From: Podarcis liolepis
Taxonomy: Eukaryota
Strand: one strand, 5' to 3'
Length of the DNA: 64,000 nt
NCBI GenBank assembly: GCA_965112155.1
Contig: OZ218099.1
Positions 36,935-50,700 of this stretch are shown here, piece after piece (the first letter of the stretch is position 1; the number at the start of each line of letters is the position of its first letter). The notes under the pieces were generated by a model. The model was not told the origin of the DNA. It searched no databases and worked only from the letters and a program-made list of their open reading frames with translations. Both the position numbers and the translations under genes were made by a program.

Positions 36935-37804
36935 NNNNNNNNNNNNNNNNNNNNNNNNNNNNNNNNNNNNNNNNNNNNNNNNNNNNNNNNNNNNNNNNNN
37001 NNNNNNNNNNNNNNNNNNNNNNNNNNNNNNNNNNNNNNNNNNNNNNNNNNNNNNNNNNNNNNNNNNNNNNNNNNNNNNNNNNNNNNNNNNNNNNNNNNNN
37101 NNNNNNNNNNNNNNNNNNNNNNNNNNNNNNNNNNNNNNNNNNNNNNNNNNNNNNNNNNNNNNNNNNNNNNNNNNNNNNNNNNNNNNNNNNNNNNNNNNNN
37201 NNNNNNNNNNNNNNNNNNNNNNNNNNNNNNNNNNNNNNNNNNNNNNNNNNNNNNNNNNNNNNNNNNNNNNNNNNNNNNNNNNNNNNNNNNNNNNNNNNNN
37301 NNNNNNNNNNNNNNNNNNNNNNNNNNNNNNNNNNNNNNNNNNNNNNNNNNNNNNNNNNNNNNNNNNNNNNNNNNNNNNNNNNNNNNNNNNNNNNNNNNNN
37401 NNNNNNNNNNNNNNNNNNNNNNNNNNNNNNNNNNNNNNNNNNNNNNNNNNNNNNNNNNNNNNNNNNNNNNNNNNNNNNNNNNNNNNNNNNNNNNNNNNNN
37501 NNNNNNNNNNNNNNNNNNNNNNNNNNNNNNNNNNNNNNNNNNNNNNNNNNNNNNNNNNNNNNNNNNNNNNNNNNNNNNNNNNNNNNNNNNNNNNNNNNNN
37601 NNNNNNNNNNNNNNTTTGTATGTTCTACTCTAAGTTATAACACAAGTTTCTTTTTTAAGAGAGTTCATTTGTNNNNNNNNNNNNNNNNNNNNNNNNNNNN
37701 NNNNNNNNNNNNNNNNNNNNNNNNNNNNNNNNNNNNNNNNNNNNNNNNNNNNNNNNNNNNNNNNNNNNNNNNNNNNNNNNNNNNNNNNNNNNNNNNNNNN
37801 NNNN
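36935..37804. other. Assembly gaps (36935-37614 and 37673-37804)
   Basis: Runs of N around a 58-bp island. Confidence 1.
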
Positions 37805-40800
37805 AGCTGTTATTTTTAGCTCTTCAGCATCATGACATAACCACTATTCCTTTTTGACTTCATTATTTTATGAAGGAACAGTGTTGCAGAGTGGAAATCA
37901 TTTTGCTACACGTGTCTCTAATTCAAATCACTGGCCAGCCATGAAGTGCAGTTGTTGACCTGAAGGACAGTCATATCCCAATATTGCTCAGATTTATGTG
38001 ATTGCTGTTAGTGATAACAGTTGTAAACCGCTATGTTCTAGAAACAACTAACATCTGACCTGCAGTAGTGTTTTATTCTCTGCTTCAAAAGAAGTACTAA
38101 AAATTAGACAATGATTCTTTTATTCTTTCTACTTTGGACCTTGTGAATTGAAGAGCCAGTGTAAGGGACAGAGTTTTGGACTTTGACCAAGGTGGCTAAG
38201 ATCTAAATAGCTGCTCAAGGAAGGAAAGGAGGGAGAAACAAAAAGAGAGGAGACTTGAAAGGTGCGCTGGTTTTTCTTCAACCCAATGAGTTTCACATCT
38301 TATGACTCCTGCAATGTTCTCCATATAATCATAAGCCAGGAAATAGTTTTAGTAAAGAACTATCTACAACAGATCTTCTCTCCTTTTGCTACTTTCTCTC
38401 TCTGGCATCTAGCCCTGCTTCTTGCTTGGGTCAAACCTGCTAAATAAGAAATAAGCTGAAATGCTCACATTTATCCTTACAGCTCCTAAAGGAGCCCTAG
38501 TTAACCAGAACAGTCTTCTGTACTACCTTAGATTAACGTGCTTAACATGTGATTATTATTATTATTATCATCTGTGAATTTTCTGAGTCATTCTTGAATT
38601 CCATAATACAATTGGCCATTTCCCTTGGATACTTGAGATGCAGCTTCTATGGCCTTGATATTGATATATTTAATAAGCAAATCCGCCATCTTCCGCCAGG
38701 TCAGAACCCTTCTAGTATTTTGTCATGTTGTCCTGAGATGATTTTGAGAGTTTGGCCTCCCAGTGGTGTCAGCTTCGATGTCTCAGTCCTAGGCATATTC
38801 AAGCCCAACAATAGGGGATAGTCCTAAAGAACTTTGTTTTCAGACATCGCTAATCACAGAGAGTGTGCTGTTAGGATAAGCCTTCAGCTGCTGCTCAAAT
38901 GTCACCCTGGGGGTAGAGCCAAATACTGACTATTTATATTTTGTAAATTTGGTACTTGGGGAAGATCTGCTGTCTCTGGCAGGAGTCTCATGTGACTTTG
39001 GCATGAATCTTCAGCAAACTCAGCATCTTCGCATCTATTTTTAAACTTCCAGCCTTCGGTATGTCAGCTAGGCCAAAAACAAACAGCCAAGTGTTCAGTC
39101 ACCTGCTTCCACTTACTGGTCTTCTGCTACTTAATCATCAGGACAAGGGAAGCCCAGTGTGTGATGCCGAAATAATGGAATGTTGGATGAGCGGTGAGAC
39201 AATTGGGGTGGCAACGTGTCGGAGGAGAAGAATGCAAAGCATCAGAAACTGGAGTGACTTGGCAGGCGGGGCAGAAGAAAGCTCGGCCAGCTTTGCCAAG
39301 TCTGGGTGAGGCCGGCCTGGGTTCTTGTGGTTTTCTCCTTCATCCCCCAAGCACACTTGGAAGCTGCTCTAGGGAGAAAGTGGAAAGCTTTTATGGAATG
39401 TTCACAGCTGAGGCTTTGAGCTACGTGGTATTCTATATTACAATGCCAAGCCATCTGTGTTTTTATAGCCAATGCCCCTTTACAATCTAAATCCCATACA
39501 TGATAAACAAAGGAACCCAAAATTTCAAAATTCAGATCACTAAAGCTAATGTTGCAAATGTCACTTGTTTGCCGAAGCGTTGAAAACAAAATCAATCACT
39601 GTTTTGAATTAGAAAGATGGCTCCCAGTTTTCTTGCTGCTTCTTAATAGAGCTACCCTTACAGGTAATCGGCATGTTTACAGCAACATATTTAGTTCTAA
39701 AATAATCTGATTTACCTTCTAGGAAACTAAAAAGGGAAACAAAAACCCTATCCCTATGTTTTGTTATGTGAGTTACAGAAATAGCAATACAAAATACAGT
39801 GATATCGTCAACCTGGTGTGCATACACAAATATTATTCTTCGCCTGTTTTTTTTGTGTTATTGTTTTTGGTTTTTTTTAATGCCAGTCAGATATTACTTG
39901 GCCATTGTTTGAAATGTGAAGTGAGTACATCCCCTCCTCCCACAATTTCTTTTCATTTATGAAACATCCCAAAGCAAAATGTAAAAACCATTTCAAATCT
40001 AGTATGGATACAGACTAAGATAATAATCTCCCCTTAAAAGTCTTGTTTAAAAAGGAAAGCCTTGAATGTATTCCAAAAAGACAAGCGAGATGGTGCTTGT
40101 CTAATACAGAAAGTTGCAAAGGGTAGGTGTCATTACAATAAGTGCCTGACTTTAACATCATGTAAAAGATGGTATCTGCAAGAGGCATATAAAACTGCAG
40201 ACTTTGAATTCTTCATGTATTCACAATCTATTTGGGCATCTTCTTCGTAGATCTTGTGAGCAGACACATCCTGAGATTATTTTACAAGAGAATTTAAATA
40301 GCATCAAACAGTTCCCAAATTATGCCCAGCCTTCTTAATGCTGCAGATCTAAAAATTGTATTTTTAAAATAGGCATTGACATGATACTACTGGAAGTCGC
40401 CCCCCCCTCCACCTAGTTTAGGATGAATTATTTATGTGTCCTTTTACAGAAGGAAGAGCTGCTTCTAGGTAATGCACCAAGTAGACTATATGAGACCACA
40501 ATATGCACAAAACCAATGGGAATTATATCAAATTTATCTGCCCAGCAAATTTTGCTGCCCAGATGAGATACCATTTTATCAACAAAAACTTGGTTGTAGC
40601 AAACAATGACCCTTGCTGAAATAAAGTGACTTTATAGCCCCCAATGAATGGCAGATGAAACTTTTAGTTGTGTGAAAATGGGTATGCTGTAATTCCTCCC
40701 CCCCCCCAAAAATAAAAGCCCTAACATTTTAATTTAATAATGTTTGATTATAAGACCAAGAAACATTTATGCTGCCTCTGCCTTTTGGCAAACTGTGCAT

Positions 40801-42014
40801 CACTTTGGCCTTACTATAATTGATTAAAGTTTCCAAATTTGGAAAGTAGCCTTGCCATACTTGAGATAATGAGCTATATCAGCTGCTAAAAGAAGCACTG
40901 GGATTTTTTGATCACCAATGGGGGGGGGGGAGAGAAGAAAGCTCCTGAACTGTATCGTTTGTGCAAAGTTTAAACAACAGGTGTTAAAATACAACCTTGC
41001 TTTACTCTCTCGATAGAAACGTTGGCAGGTAGCCCACAAAACCAGTTCAAGTTTTCCCATCATTATTAGAATAGAGTTGCTGTATAAGAAGCAATCAATC
41101 TAGCAAAGTCTTTCATTTTTGCAACCTCCATTTCCCGAAGTTTTGGAAGATATTACTGAGACACAGCATTTTGGATTCTGAAGTTGAAATAATGTAAACT
41201 GGATGACACAAGACCAGCCTTTCGTTTTCTGCAATAAAAAGTGTTTCCCCAAATAGCTGAATTAAGTATAATAAGCATGTTAGTGTGGGTGGGTGTCAAA
41301 TCTACACTTTACCTATTTCGCCATACATTTAAAAGAATCATAGGTGTACACATTTGAAACATAATGGTGAAATGGCCTTTATCCTGTCACAGCAGGAAGC
41401 AGTCATTTGCTATTTTAAATGCATCTATTTTCTGCACACCTACTTCTAGTGTATAGTGAATATATCTCTTCTGAGCTGTCTGCAACCCTGCCCCTTCACA
41501 ATGAGGATGAAGCCCAGTCCTGGAAAGGGCCACACCCTTTTAGTAGGTTATAGAGGGTTTTGCAACTTTATTGGCAACAGAAATTGCCAATTTACTGAAA
41601 CACATGGAATTGCTGCTTTGCAACATACTAGCCATCTCCCAACGGGTTCTCACCTCACAACCTGTTATAAATATGCACCATGTCCACATCCCAGATTTAA
41701 TTCAGAAGATACGGTTGCCATCTCTCATCTTGGCCACAGTCCCCCTGATGTAGCAGGCAACGCTGTGAGCCTGGCCCATTCCTCCTGGTTGTGGGAAGCA
41801 GGGTTCTGGAGGTACTGCACGGCTAGTGAGGGAGGGGGCCGGATGACAGGATGAGGGAGGGAAGGAACAGGGTGGGCCACTGTTTTTGTCTGCATCAGGG
41901 GAGTTTAGAGCTACATGCCCGGTTGAGAGATGGGAACTGTCTCCCAAGTTAAATGTGAGGTATGAATCTTCTTGCTTTCTGAAGTCATCTGATGAGTCCT
42001 CTTTTTTTGTACTA

Positions 42015-42239
42015 CAGTGGTACCTCAGGTTACATACACTTCAGGTTACATACGCTTCAGGTTACAGACTCTGCTAACCCAGAAATAGTGCTTCAGATTA
42101 AGAACTTTGCTTCAGGATGAGAACAGAAATTGTGCTCCGGCGGCGTGGTGGCAGTGGGAGGCCCCATTAGCTAAAGTGGTGCTTCAGGTTAAGAACGGAC
42201 CTCCGGAACGAATTAAGTACTTAACCTGAGGTACCACTG
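42015..42239. mobile_element. Tc1/mariner-superfamily MITE, copy 1
   Basis: TA|CAGTGGTACCTCAGGTTA ... TAACCTGAGGTACCACTG|TA; internal cttcaggtta repeats. Confidence 0.9.
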
Positions 42240-42684
42240 TATTTCTATGTGTACTATTAAGTAGCCTGGTGGCTCCTTGGTGATGCCTGGAAACAAGGAT
42301 GCTACAAGTGGTCAAGTGTGGCATGACTCCAGAGTACGATCCGAAGGCACATGATGCAGCCACTTTGCTGAAGCTAAGCAAATCTGGATATGGTCAACAC
42401 TTCGAGGGAAGACTGTTCGGAAACTGGGGGAATACAATTAACGATAATAAGAATGGTGGTTCCTACTTTTATTTTTGTACTAATACTACATTTGCTTTTA
42501 TTTGGTCTCCAAAGCTGATTGGAGCCCCTGTTGGTGTGTTTGGACTGCTCTAACATCCCTGCCCCTTTCCCTCTTGGTAAGCAACAGAAACTCACCCGCC
42601 AGGAACCTAGCACAGCAGCTCTGCCCCAGCCAGCCAATTACTTCTGTATCCCCTCCTAAGGTAACTTTGGGGGGAAGGAAAGTA

Positions 42685-42910
42685 CAGTGGTACCTCAGGT
42701 TACATTTGCTTCAGGTTACACACTCCGCTAACCCAGAAATAGTGCTTCAGGTTAAGAACTTTGCTTCAGGATAAGAACAGAAATCGGGCTCTGGCAGCAC
42801 GGCAGCAGCAGGAGGCCCCCTTAGCTAAAGTGGTGCTTCAGGTTAAGAACAGTTTCAGGTTAAGAACGGACCTCCGGAACGAATTAAGTACTTAACCTGA
42901 GGTACCACTG
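42685..42910. mobile_element. Tc1/mariner-superfamily MITE, copy 2
   Basis: Same TIRs, TA TSD and orientation as 42015-42239. Confidence 0.9.
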
Positions 42911-43581
42911 TATGTCAGAAAGAGAGTGCATCAGATGGCTCTTGTTACCCTGTGAAGTATCAGGACTGGGTTGAATATGTGCAAATGCTTTCAGCAGGAG
43001 CTGTTTTTCCTGCAGGTTAAAGCTTGTCCTTTTCGTCAGCTTTGGAATGGAAGCTGAAAACTGAATTTGTTTAGACTGCCTTCCTAAAGCTAGAGTTTAG
43101 ATAGCGAGGAGGCATGTGCAGCATAATGGGTTAGAACACTGCACATTTCTCTGCATAGCACATCTCATGCGGAAAATTTTCCATCCTTTACAAACTGTTA
43201 AAATGCAGGAAAACCATCCTCCTCTTGTGATTTTTAGGTGACAAAATGTCCATTTTATTTCTGATTGTGCGTGCCTGCTCTCTTTTTGGGAATGGAAGCA
43301 GAATAGATCTCCCCATTGCTTCAAAACGGATTGGTTGATAGAAAATTGGCTGCCCAGCAAATGCCTATGAGGCGATTCCTCAGCTGTTCTTTATTCAGTG
43401 TCATGAAAGCCAGCTCAGACAACAGTCCAAAAGGCCCATTGCCTGCCTACAGGAAATTGGGAGACAAATAATGGCCTTAGAAGGGAGAGCAGAGCAGAAA
43501 ACATTGACATCTCTTCTTCTCAGTAAAATAAGCCAATTCAGTCCGTCAGTATGAAAAACGTCTGCAATGAAGCTCTGTATG

Positions 43582-43743
43582 NNNNNNNNNNNNNNNNNNN
43601 NNNNNNNNNNNNNNNNNNNNNNNNNNNNNNNNNNNNNNNNNNNNNNNNNNNNNNNNNNNNNNNNNNNNNNNNNNNNNNNNNNNNNNNNNNNNNNNNNNNN
43701 NNNNNNNNNNNNNNNNNNNNNNNNNNNNNNNNNNNNNNNNNNN
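43582..43743. other. Assembly gap (N run)
   Basis: Run of N. Confidence 1.
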
Positions 43744-45924
43744 TTAGTTGTAAATACCTTTCATCTTATACCACTGCAATGTGATAGAATTATCATCTGT
43801 GGGTAACCAAGGTAGTATTAACATTTATTTCATGTTAAGCTGGTTGTGGAAGTGGCCGTTTTTTGCCTATCACATAAGTGTGTTGTGTTCTCTGGCTTTT
43901 AGTACTCAAAGGAAACCACTCACCATCTCTCTGCGCATGAAATTAACAGTGTTGCACTCCCTCTGCTGGGCCTTCTGAATAATTCTGTTACTGCTTTTTC
44001 CAGAGGTACGTGCAGCTGCCTTACACCAGGTGACTCTTGTACATCTAGCAGATGATTGTCTACTCTGAGTTGTGGTGCTTTTCTCATCACTTTTGCTCAA
44101 TCCATTTTAACTGGAGCTCCCAGGTGATGAATGGACTGTGCCCTGCAGGGCTCTCTGCTGTTCATAGGCAATGTCTGCATAGCAAGCTTTTAGAAAGATT
44201 TAGTGGCCATAGAAGGAGGGTGAGGAGCTTCTTAATAACCAATGCATTTTAGTTCTGGACATTCCCATGCTCTTTTGAAATCTATCACCTCTTGAGGGAA
44301 AGGTCTGCAGTTTCAAAAAGCAAAAAGTAGGCAAAGGGCAGGACTCCCCCATCATCCATGTCATCTACATAACAGTACTTGTGGGTCCTGGTGGGTCATC
44401 TGCTCACAGGACTGTTGTACAATGAAGTTTCACAAGCAATTTGTGTCCTGATGATCAGGTCCATATTATATATGAGAGCTATAAGCAAGCAAGCAAGCAG
44501 CAGACATGGGGGCATAACCAGGGAAGAGAAACAATTCTGTGGAGGGCAAGTTTACACATCAAATTCTTCTGCATGACTACATGTGTCAGTGCAAGACCAC
44601 AAAAGGTCAGTGTGAACTTGGCTGTACATGCTGATAATTGTGGTTGCATTTCCTTCAAAATCTGTGATCACAGAAACAGTTGCCCAGAACCTTGCATGCA
44701 CATTCTGATAAGTTCACACTCATCCTTTTTTAATCAAGTACTTGTGAACTGGCCCTTAGTCCCAAGCCCTAATTACAAATGCTTCTGGAACAGCATGTGC
44801 TGGATAAATGCCAGTTGCAGATGTAAGCATTATGTCCCTTCTGGACTCATTGTGAATCTTGCTTTGCAAGGATATATATTCTCTTTGAGAGTGACACACA
44901 TAACCTTTGCAGGAAATAAAATATACCTTGCTGACATGCCTGGGGCATATCCAGATGGCCCTTAAATGGGAAGTTGGAGAATCACCTTCTCCAAAAGTCC
45001 TCTGGAGTCTGGATCCAAGGAGCCTTTTGGGATGACCGCTCACGTGTTCATGTGTGCACGAGTGCAATCTTGATTTCCTGCTCTGGTTCCAGCATCTCAC
45101 ACCACATTAAAGGCTACTCCCATATATACTCTACATTTTGGGAAGCTTGTTGAACAAGGTGGGGGCCACAGTGAGAGCAACAGGGGCTCTGAAAGTTTCC
45201 TGGAGAAGTAGGCACTCCTGTTGTGGCACTTTATTCTTGATTGGCACCTCTCAAAGATATGCGAGAGTTTTGTCACTGCAAAGGGTAGCCTCAGTTGCCA
45301 TCAAGGTGTCTCCAGATACTAGCTCTGAAGGTGGATAATCTGTTCTGTCTTTGTATTATAGCTGACTGAAGTAATTCTGCTATGACTCAACAGCAGATTT
45401 TCCTTCCTACGCGTCACAAATATCATAAACTTGAGAGCTTCGCTTGTAACTGGGTTTGAGCCATGCTTAAAAACAACAACCCAATAACCTTCACTAAGGG
45501 AATATAAAAGTTCCATAGTGGTTATGCAGGCTGAAATCACAACTTGGCTCCTGTATGCTTATTAAATACTGGATGTTGCAGAATTCTATCAAAGCAGACA
45601 AGGCAAGTGTGCTTGTTCCAAGGCTGTTGGATTCTTAGGAGAATCTCACAGGACAATAGCATCACTTGAGGGCTTACAAATTAATCAGTAAATTTGCAAG
45701 TGATAGTATTTCAATACTGTTTGGTACCTATATAATAGTACTTGCATCTTTTGGTAGCAAGCTGGTGTTTGCTGTGAGTTGCTTTGGGCACAGCACATAA
45801 ACTAAAACACACATTTCATTGTCCCCTCCCATTGCTATGAATGCATCACTCATCTCCTTGAAAACCTACACTGGCTTCTTGCCACACTCTGCATCAACCT
45901 TAAGCTTTAGTCTTTATTCTAAAG

Positions 45925-46061
45925 CAGGGATGGGGAAATTGTGGCCCTCCAGATGTTTTTGGACTACAGCTCCCATCATCCTGATCATTGGCTGTGCTGG
46001 CTGAGGGAGGGGGTGGGGCTGATGGGAATATCTGAAGTGTCATGCAGGTTCCCCATTCTTG
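45925..46061. mobile_element. hAT-type MITE
   Basis: CAGGGATGGGGAA...TTCCCCATTCTTG termini; flanks ttctaaag / ttttaaag (7/8 TSD). Confidence 0.75.
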
Positions 46062-46069
46062 TTTTAAAG

Positions 46070-46315
46070 CAGGCATGTCCAACAGGTAGATCACTGGTAG
46101 ATCATTGGCTCCTCCCAAAGAAACTGAACAACTGTGGCTCCCCTAAAAAAAGCTCAACATTTTACCTGAAAAAACTCAACGGCTTTGACCCCCCCAAAAT
46201 GGCCCTTCCTCATTCCTAAAAAAAGCTCAACCTGAACCCTCAAAAAGGGGGTAGATCATTGCTAGTTTTTAACTCTGTGAGTATATCGCAGTCTCTTGGG
46301 AGTTGGCCACCCCTG
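46070..46315. mobile_element. Second hAT-type MITE abutting the previous one
   Basis: CAGGCATGTCCAAC...GTTGGCCACCCCTG termini; perfect 8-bp TSD ttttaaag (46062-46069 and 46316-46323). Confidence 0.8.
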
Positions 46316-47381
46316 TTTTAAAGCATTTCTTCGTTCTGCAAGCAGATGCTAACATTTGCAGTGCTTTTCACCTTCTACACAAACTCATCTGATATCACCC
46401 CCTTTTCTCATTCTATTGGTTCCAGTTGTAGGGAGCAGCTTGACATAAACCTTCTTTCTGCCATTAATTGTCAAGGCACAATCTCTCTGTAAATCATTTC
46501 CAAGCTCTTTAAGAAAGGCTTTACAAAGTCTACTGCTGACTTTACCCCACACCCAGGCCAATGCTCATTTTCCAGCTGATTTGTTTCTTGTCCCACACAT
46601 TTTGCCTACCTAACGTACACTCTGAACCCTCCAGGATGCTGTTGTCAGCACAGTTCTTAGTGCATACTGTATGCTTGGCATTAAGCACTGTAGTGGCCAA
46701 GCAGTATCAGTCTTGTAAAATGTAAAATGTTAGGTAACTCTATTTTCCTCTGAGGGGGCTAAAAGGGTGTGGCTAATGTGAAATTTGATTCAGTGGCCAG
46801 TTACTGGAGGCAAGAGCACCTGGAATGCAGAAGTCAACCAGGACTATAGTTTCTAGGATTGTGGTACCTTTCCCATTCATTCAGTATAATAGTCAATAAA
46901 AGAACATCCTGTAATCAGACTCACTGGCGTCTTCTCACCAGAGTGCTAAGTTTGTATTGCATAAGAGAAAATATGGGCAACCGGTTTCTTCTCTCACTTG
47001 AACTGAATTTTCATTTTGTTAACGTGCAGGCCAGTTTGCACGTCCTACCTGTTTTGTATCACATACATTTTCCTTGGAATGGCTGTTCTGAACATACTTA
47101 AAAATACTGAGAAGTAATTTTATTCTCATTCATTCATTGGTCATTATTTTCTTTTTATGGGCTCTCATTTTTGTTGAATAAGTATCTTGAGATTGTGATA
47201 GGCCTTTCTTGCTCTGTGGGGAAGCAAATTATCTATCACTCATGGCAAACCATTTTGCTTTGTGTCTGCAAGTTGTGCTTATGCCAGCATGACATTTTAC
47301 CTGCAACATAAAAATACACTACTGTTCTGGAATACCTAAGGGATGGGCTTCTTACAATAATCCCCACTGTCTCACCAGACA

Positions 47382-47384
<3 letters not shown>

Positions 47385-47436
<52 letters not shown>
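47385..47436. repeat. (CT)n microsatellite
   Basis: Seen directly. Confidence 0.95.
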
Positions 47437-47440
<4 letters not shown>

Positions 47441-48479
47441 TATCTTTGTGTATATGTGTTTTGATAGCTAAGCCTGCCATCTTATGGTTTGTCTCTGAAC
47501 AACAGTTTGCATCCTTTAATGGAGTTGCATTTTGTTATAGTGAAAACTCCACTGTATTTAAAGGAGGTCTTTAACCTGAAGAAAACCTCACACAAATATA
47601 TGCAGATGCTGTAATTTTAAAAACAGTTAAATAAATAAGACATACCCCTAGTTCCAGCAAATGTTGTGATAGAGCCCATTATCACCTTGTGAAATGCTCC
47701 ATGTGAAAAGCAATAAATATGGCTTTACAAATAGTCAAAATTGCTTAGCTGAATTCACTGCTGTAAAACACTACCTTTTACCCAACTGGCACATTTCCCC
47801 ACCTTGCTCCTTCTTTACTGTCTTTCTTGGAGTACCTTTCTGTAGCCAGTGCAAGACTGACACAAAATCCAGATGAAATACTGCATAGTATTTCATTTTA
47901 TTTCTTGCATAGTGAGTATTAAGGAGATGTCTGATGACTTGGGTGTTACACGCACACAATTTGTAGAGGGCAGCAAACTGCAATGTGCTCAAGCAAGAAT
48001 GTTTTCCGTGTGATTATTAACCGGCCTCCTCCCGCTAGTCTTTTGTGGCAATTTAATAGTCATGTTGTGATTCCTCTGTGGTTCAGTGCAATGATCATTC
48101 CATTCCTGGTAATCCTCAATCATCATGTGCTTGAAGGGCAAACTAGACAGTTATAGAGAGCTGCATATAGCCCTCTGCAGTTCTGGGCCCTTCACAAATC
48201 ATACGGTCTCAGTACCTTGGCTGATTCTAAAGCTCACAGGCAGCAGCTTCATTAGAGTAGGAAAACTAACATGGCAGTGCAACCTTGTTAGTTGGTAGAG
48301 TGGGTGTGAATGAGAAGACTGCAGTTATGCTTCTGCAAGGAAGATGTGGGTTTTTAAAAAAATAGTGGGATGTTCTATATAGAAAGTTTGTTTGAAGCAG
48401 TGTATGTGAAGCCCCTGTCTGACATGTGGGTTTGGTGAATTATGTAATCTCTGGAGAATGAGATCCTATTTGTGTCAGG

Positions 48480-48720
48480 CCCCTCCTGCTTCTGCAGCAG
48501 CCATTACAGGTCCATTACTGAGGTCCAGCTCCGAGGGCCTTCTGGTGGTTCCCTCACTGTGAAATGTGAGGTTACAGGGAACCAGGCAGAAGACCTTCTC
48601 GGTGGTGGAGCCTGCCCTGTTGAACGCCCTCCCATCAGATGTCAAGGGAATAAACTTTTGTCATTTTCATTTCCAGATGTCAAAGAAATCTGAATTTTAG
48701 AAGATACCTGAAGGCAGCCC
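48480..48720 (+). mobile_element. L2-type LINE 3' fragment
   Basis: gaggtccagctccgagggccttctgg...gaacgccctcccatcagatgtcaagg...ttttagaagatacctgaaggcagccc, typical of lacertid L2 ORF2 ends. Confidence 0.45.
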
Positions 48721-49429
48721 AGATTCCCAGTGCCAACCTGTCTCCTCTTTCCTGTAATAAATCTTAGCCCCCTGAGCACCTACAGAGGTGCTAAGGTGAT
48801 TCTTATGCTGTTGTTTTCAAATTGTGCTTACCATACTGGACTGGTAAGAAAAGCAAAACAGAAACACATTTACTGCAGTCTGGATGCTTCTACTCTAATG
48901 GACTTGGTGCAGAGCCTCTATGTTGCTCGCTCAGATAGCTTCTTCTTGACACCCTGGCTGTCAGATGATGATGAGCTAAATATAAATACGCGCTTTCTTC
49001 ACTGCAAGAAGCTGGAATATTTTGACGTTCAAGCCCCTCCATGGAAACAAGTTGCTTACTCACTGCTGCTGCTGCAGTATGAGTCACCCAGGAATATTCT
49101 TAGCACAGCCAGATGACAATGGGCTCCCAACAGCCAACCATCCCTGCCAGCTAGCCTGCCCAGTGGCAAGGCATGATGGGAGTTGTAGTCCAAAAATGTT
49201 TGGAGGCCAGCTTGGGAAAAGCTGTCTTTAATATGAATACGTGTGTTCTCATTTTGTGTTCCTCGACCCCAACGCTTAAGGCTGTGCAATTTTCAGGAAA
49301 CACCCCCCCCCCCCATTCCAGACACATTCCCCCACCCTCAAAGAATTCTGGGCAATGTAGTTTTCCCTTCACAGAGTTACTCTCCCCAACAACCCTGCAC
49401 AAACCACAGGGCCCAGGATTCTCTGAGGG

Positions 49430-50030
49430 GGACAGTGCGGGCGCCCCGCTTCTCCTCATTGGCTCACCCCACAACTCCTCCCCCTTTGTATTCCTGACAG
49501 GAGAAAGCCCCTTATCCGAGGCTCCGCTTCCCTCGGGATGAAGGCCAGCTCTGGCCTGGGAAGGGGCAGGTCGCGGCGGGTGGTTTATGTGAACAGTTTC
49601 GGCAGCCACCGCTGCGGCAACGTGATTCGTTATGGCGGCGGCGGCCACCTGAGGGACCCGGAGGCTTCCTGCCTCTCGGGCGCGTCTCCCGCTGCCGCAC
49701 TCTCGGGCAGAAGAGGCTCTCGGGGTGCAGCCGGTCCTCCCTCCGGGGAACGAGGGAGCCCTTGCTTGGGGCTGAAAGCCCCTGGCGAGGCGAGAACGAA
49801 GGGGGTCGGGAGAGGCTGGGAGGAAGGAGGCGAGGCGAAGAGGCCCAGAGCCGAGAGGCTGCTTGGGGTCAAGCCACCGGCGTCGCCACGCAAAGGGCGG
49901 AGCAGCAAGGCGGCGGCGGCGGCTGTCAACTCCACAGGCTCCGACGGCCAGGAAGAAGCGGGTACGAGCAGAGCGCAGGGCAGGAGGCCGCGTGTCCTCG
50001 CCGGTATCGTCTCGTGGTGTTAATGGCGAG
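49430..50030 (+). promoter_or_regulatory. CpG island / promoter and first exon of C5orf47 orthologue
   Basis: Abrupt rise in GC and CpG density; inverted CCAAT (ATTGG 49458-49462) and GC-rich boxes just upstream of ATG 49538. Confidence 0.8.
49538..49961 (+). CDS. C5orf47: C5orf47 orthologue, coding exon 1
   Basis: RRVVYVNSFGSHRCGNVIRYGG resembles recalled human C5orf47 ARFVYVTRFGSHQCSGVLQLGG; ATG with G at -3; phase-1 donor GCGG|gtacga; syntenic directly downstream of CPEB4. Confidence 0.85.
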
Positions 50031-50040
50031 GGTTGGCAAT

Positions 50041-50700
50041 CAATGCCGGATTTACGTATAAGCTAAACAAGCTATAGTTTACAGCCCCACTCTCTTGCCC
50101 CTCCCCCCCAATTTCACTATTAATATACCTCTTAATTATATTTCAGTTCAACAATTACTTTGATAAAATACATATTTTGTTATGGGCAAATGGCTTTAGA
50201 TACCTAGTAAAGGTAAAGGGACCCCTGACCATTAGGTCCAGTCGTGACCGACTCTGGGGTTGGGGCGCTCATCTCGCTTTATTGGCCGAGGGAGCCAGCG
50301 TGCAGCTTCCGAGTCATGTGGCCAGCATGACTAAGCCGCTTCTGGCGAACCAGAGCAGTGCACAGAAATGCTGTTTACCTTCCTGCCGGAGTGGTACCTA
50401 TTTATCTACTTGCCCTTTGACGTGCTTTTGAACCGCTAGGTGGGCAGGAGCAGGGACCGAGCAACGGGAGCTCACCCCGTTGTGGGGATTCGAACCGCCG
50501 ACCTTCTGATTTAAACCTTCTGGTTTAACCCACAGCGTCACCCGCGTCCCTAGATACCTATTAGGTGCATAAATTACCATATAGCATATATTCAACACAA
50601 AAACAGCGACAATTTGTAGTTGACAAAGGACAGCTGGACATATAAAGGACCCCATTACCTCCAATAGCTTAGGGCCTCATCAAACTTAAATCTGGCCCTG
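50041..50700. mobile_element. hAT-type MITE interrupted by a Sauria SINE
   Basis: Termini CAATGCCGGATTTA / TAAATCTGGCCCTG; 8-bp flanks ttggcaat / tttgcaat (7/8). Confidence 0.75.
50207..50550 (-). mobile_element. Sauria SINE
   Basis: 5' end GGGACGCGGGTG on the - strand, B-box GGTTCGAATCCC, (ACCTTT)n tail; perfect 10-bp TSD tagataccta (50197-50206 and 50551-50560). Confidence 0.92.

Noticed and set aside
35570-37857. ORFs of 130-312 aa made mostly of X
   Set aside because: Produced by assembly gaps.
44441-44965. 174-aa intergenic ORF
   Set aside because: Non-ATG start, no recognisable domain, composition like random non-coding translation.
49962-50023. ORF-track extension of C5orf47 exon 1 to a stop at 50023
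   Set aside because: Better explained as read-through into intron 1; the donor after 49961 links in frame to the homologous downstream exons.
50460-50550. tRNA gene (B-box GGTTCGAATCCC on the - strand; also ~62240)
   Set aside because: It is the tRNA-derived head of a Sauria SINE, not a cloverleaf tRNA.
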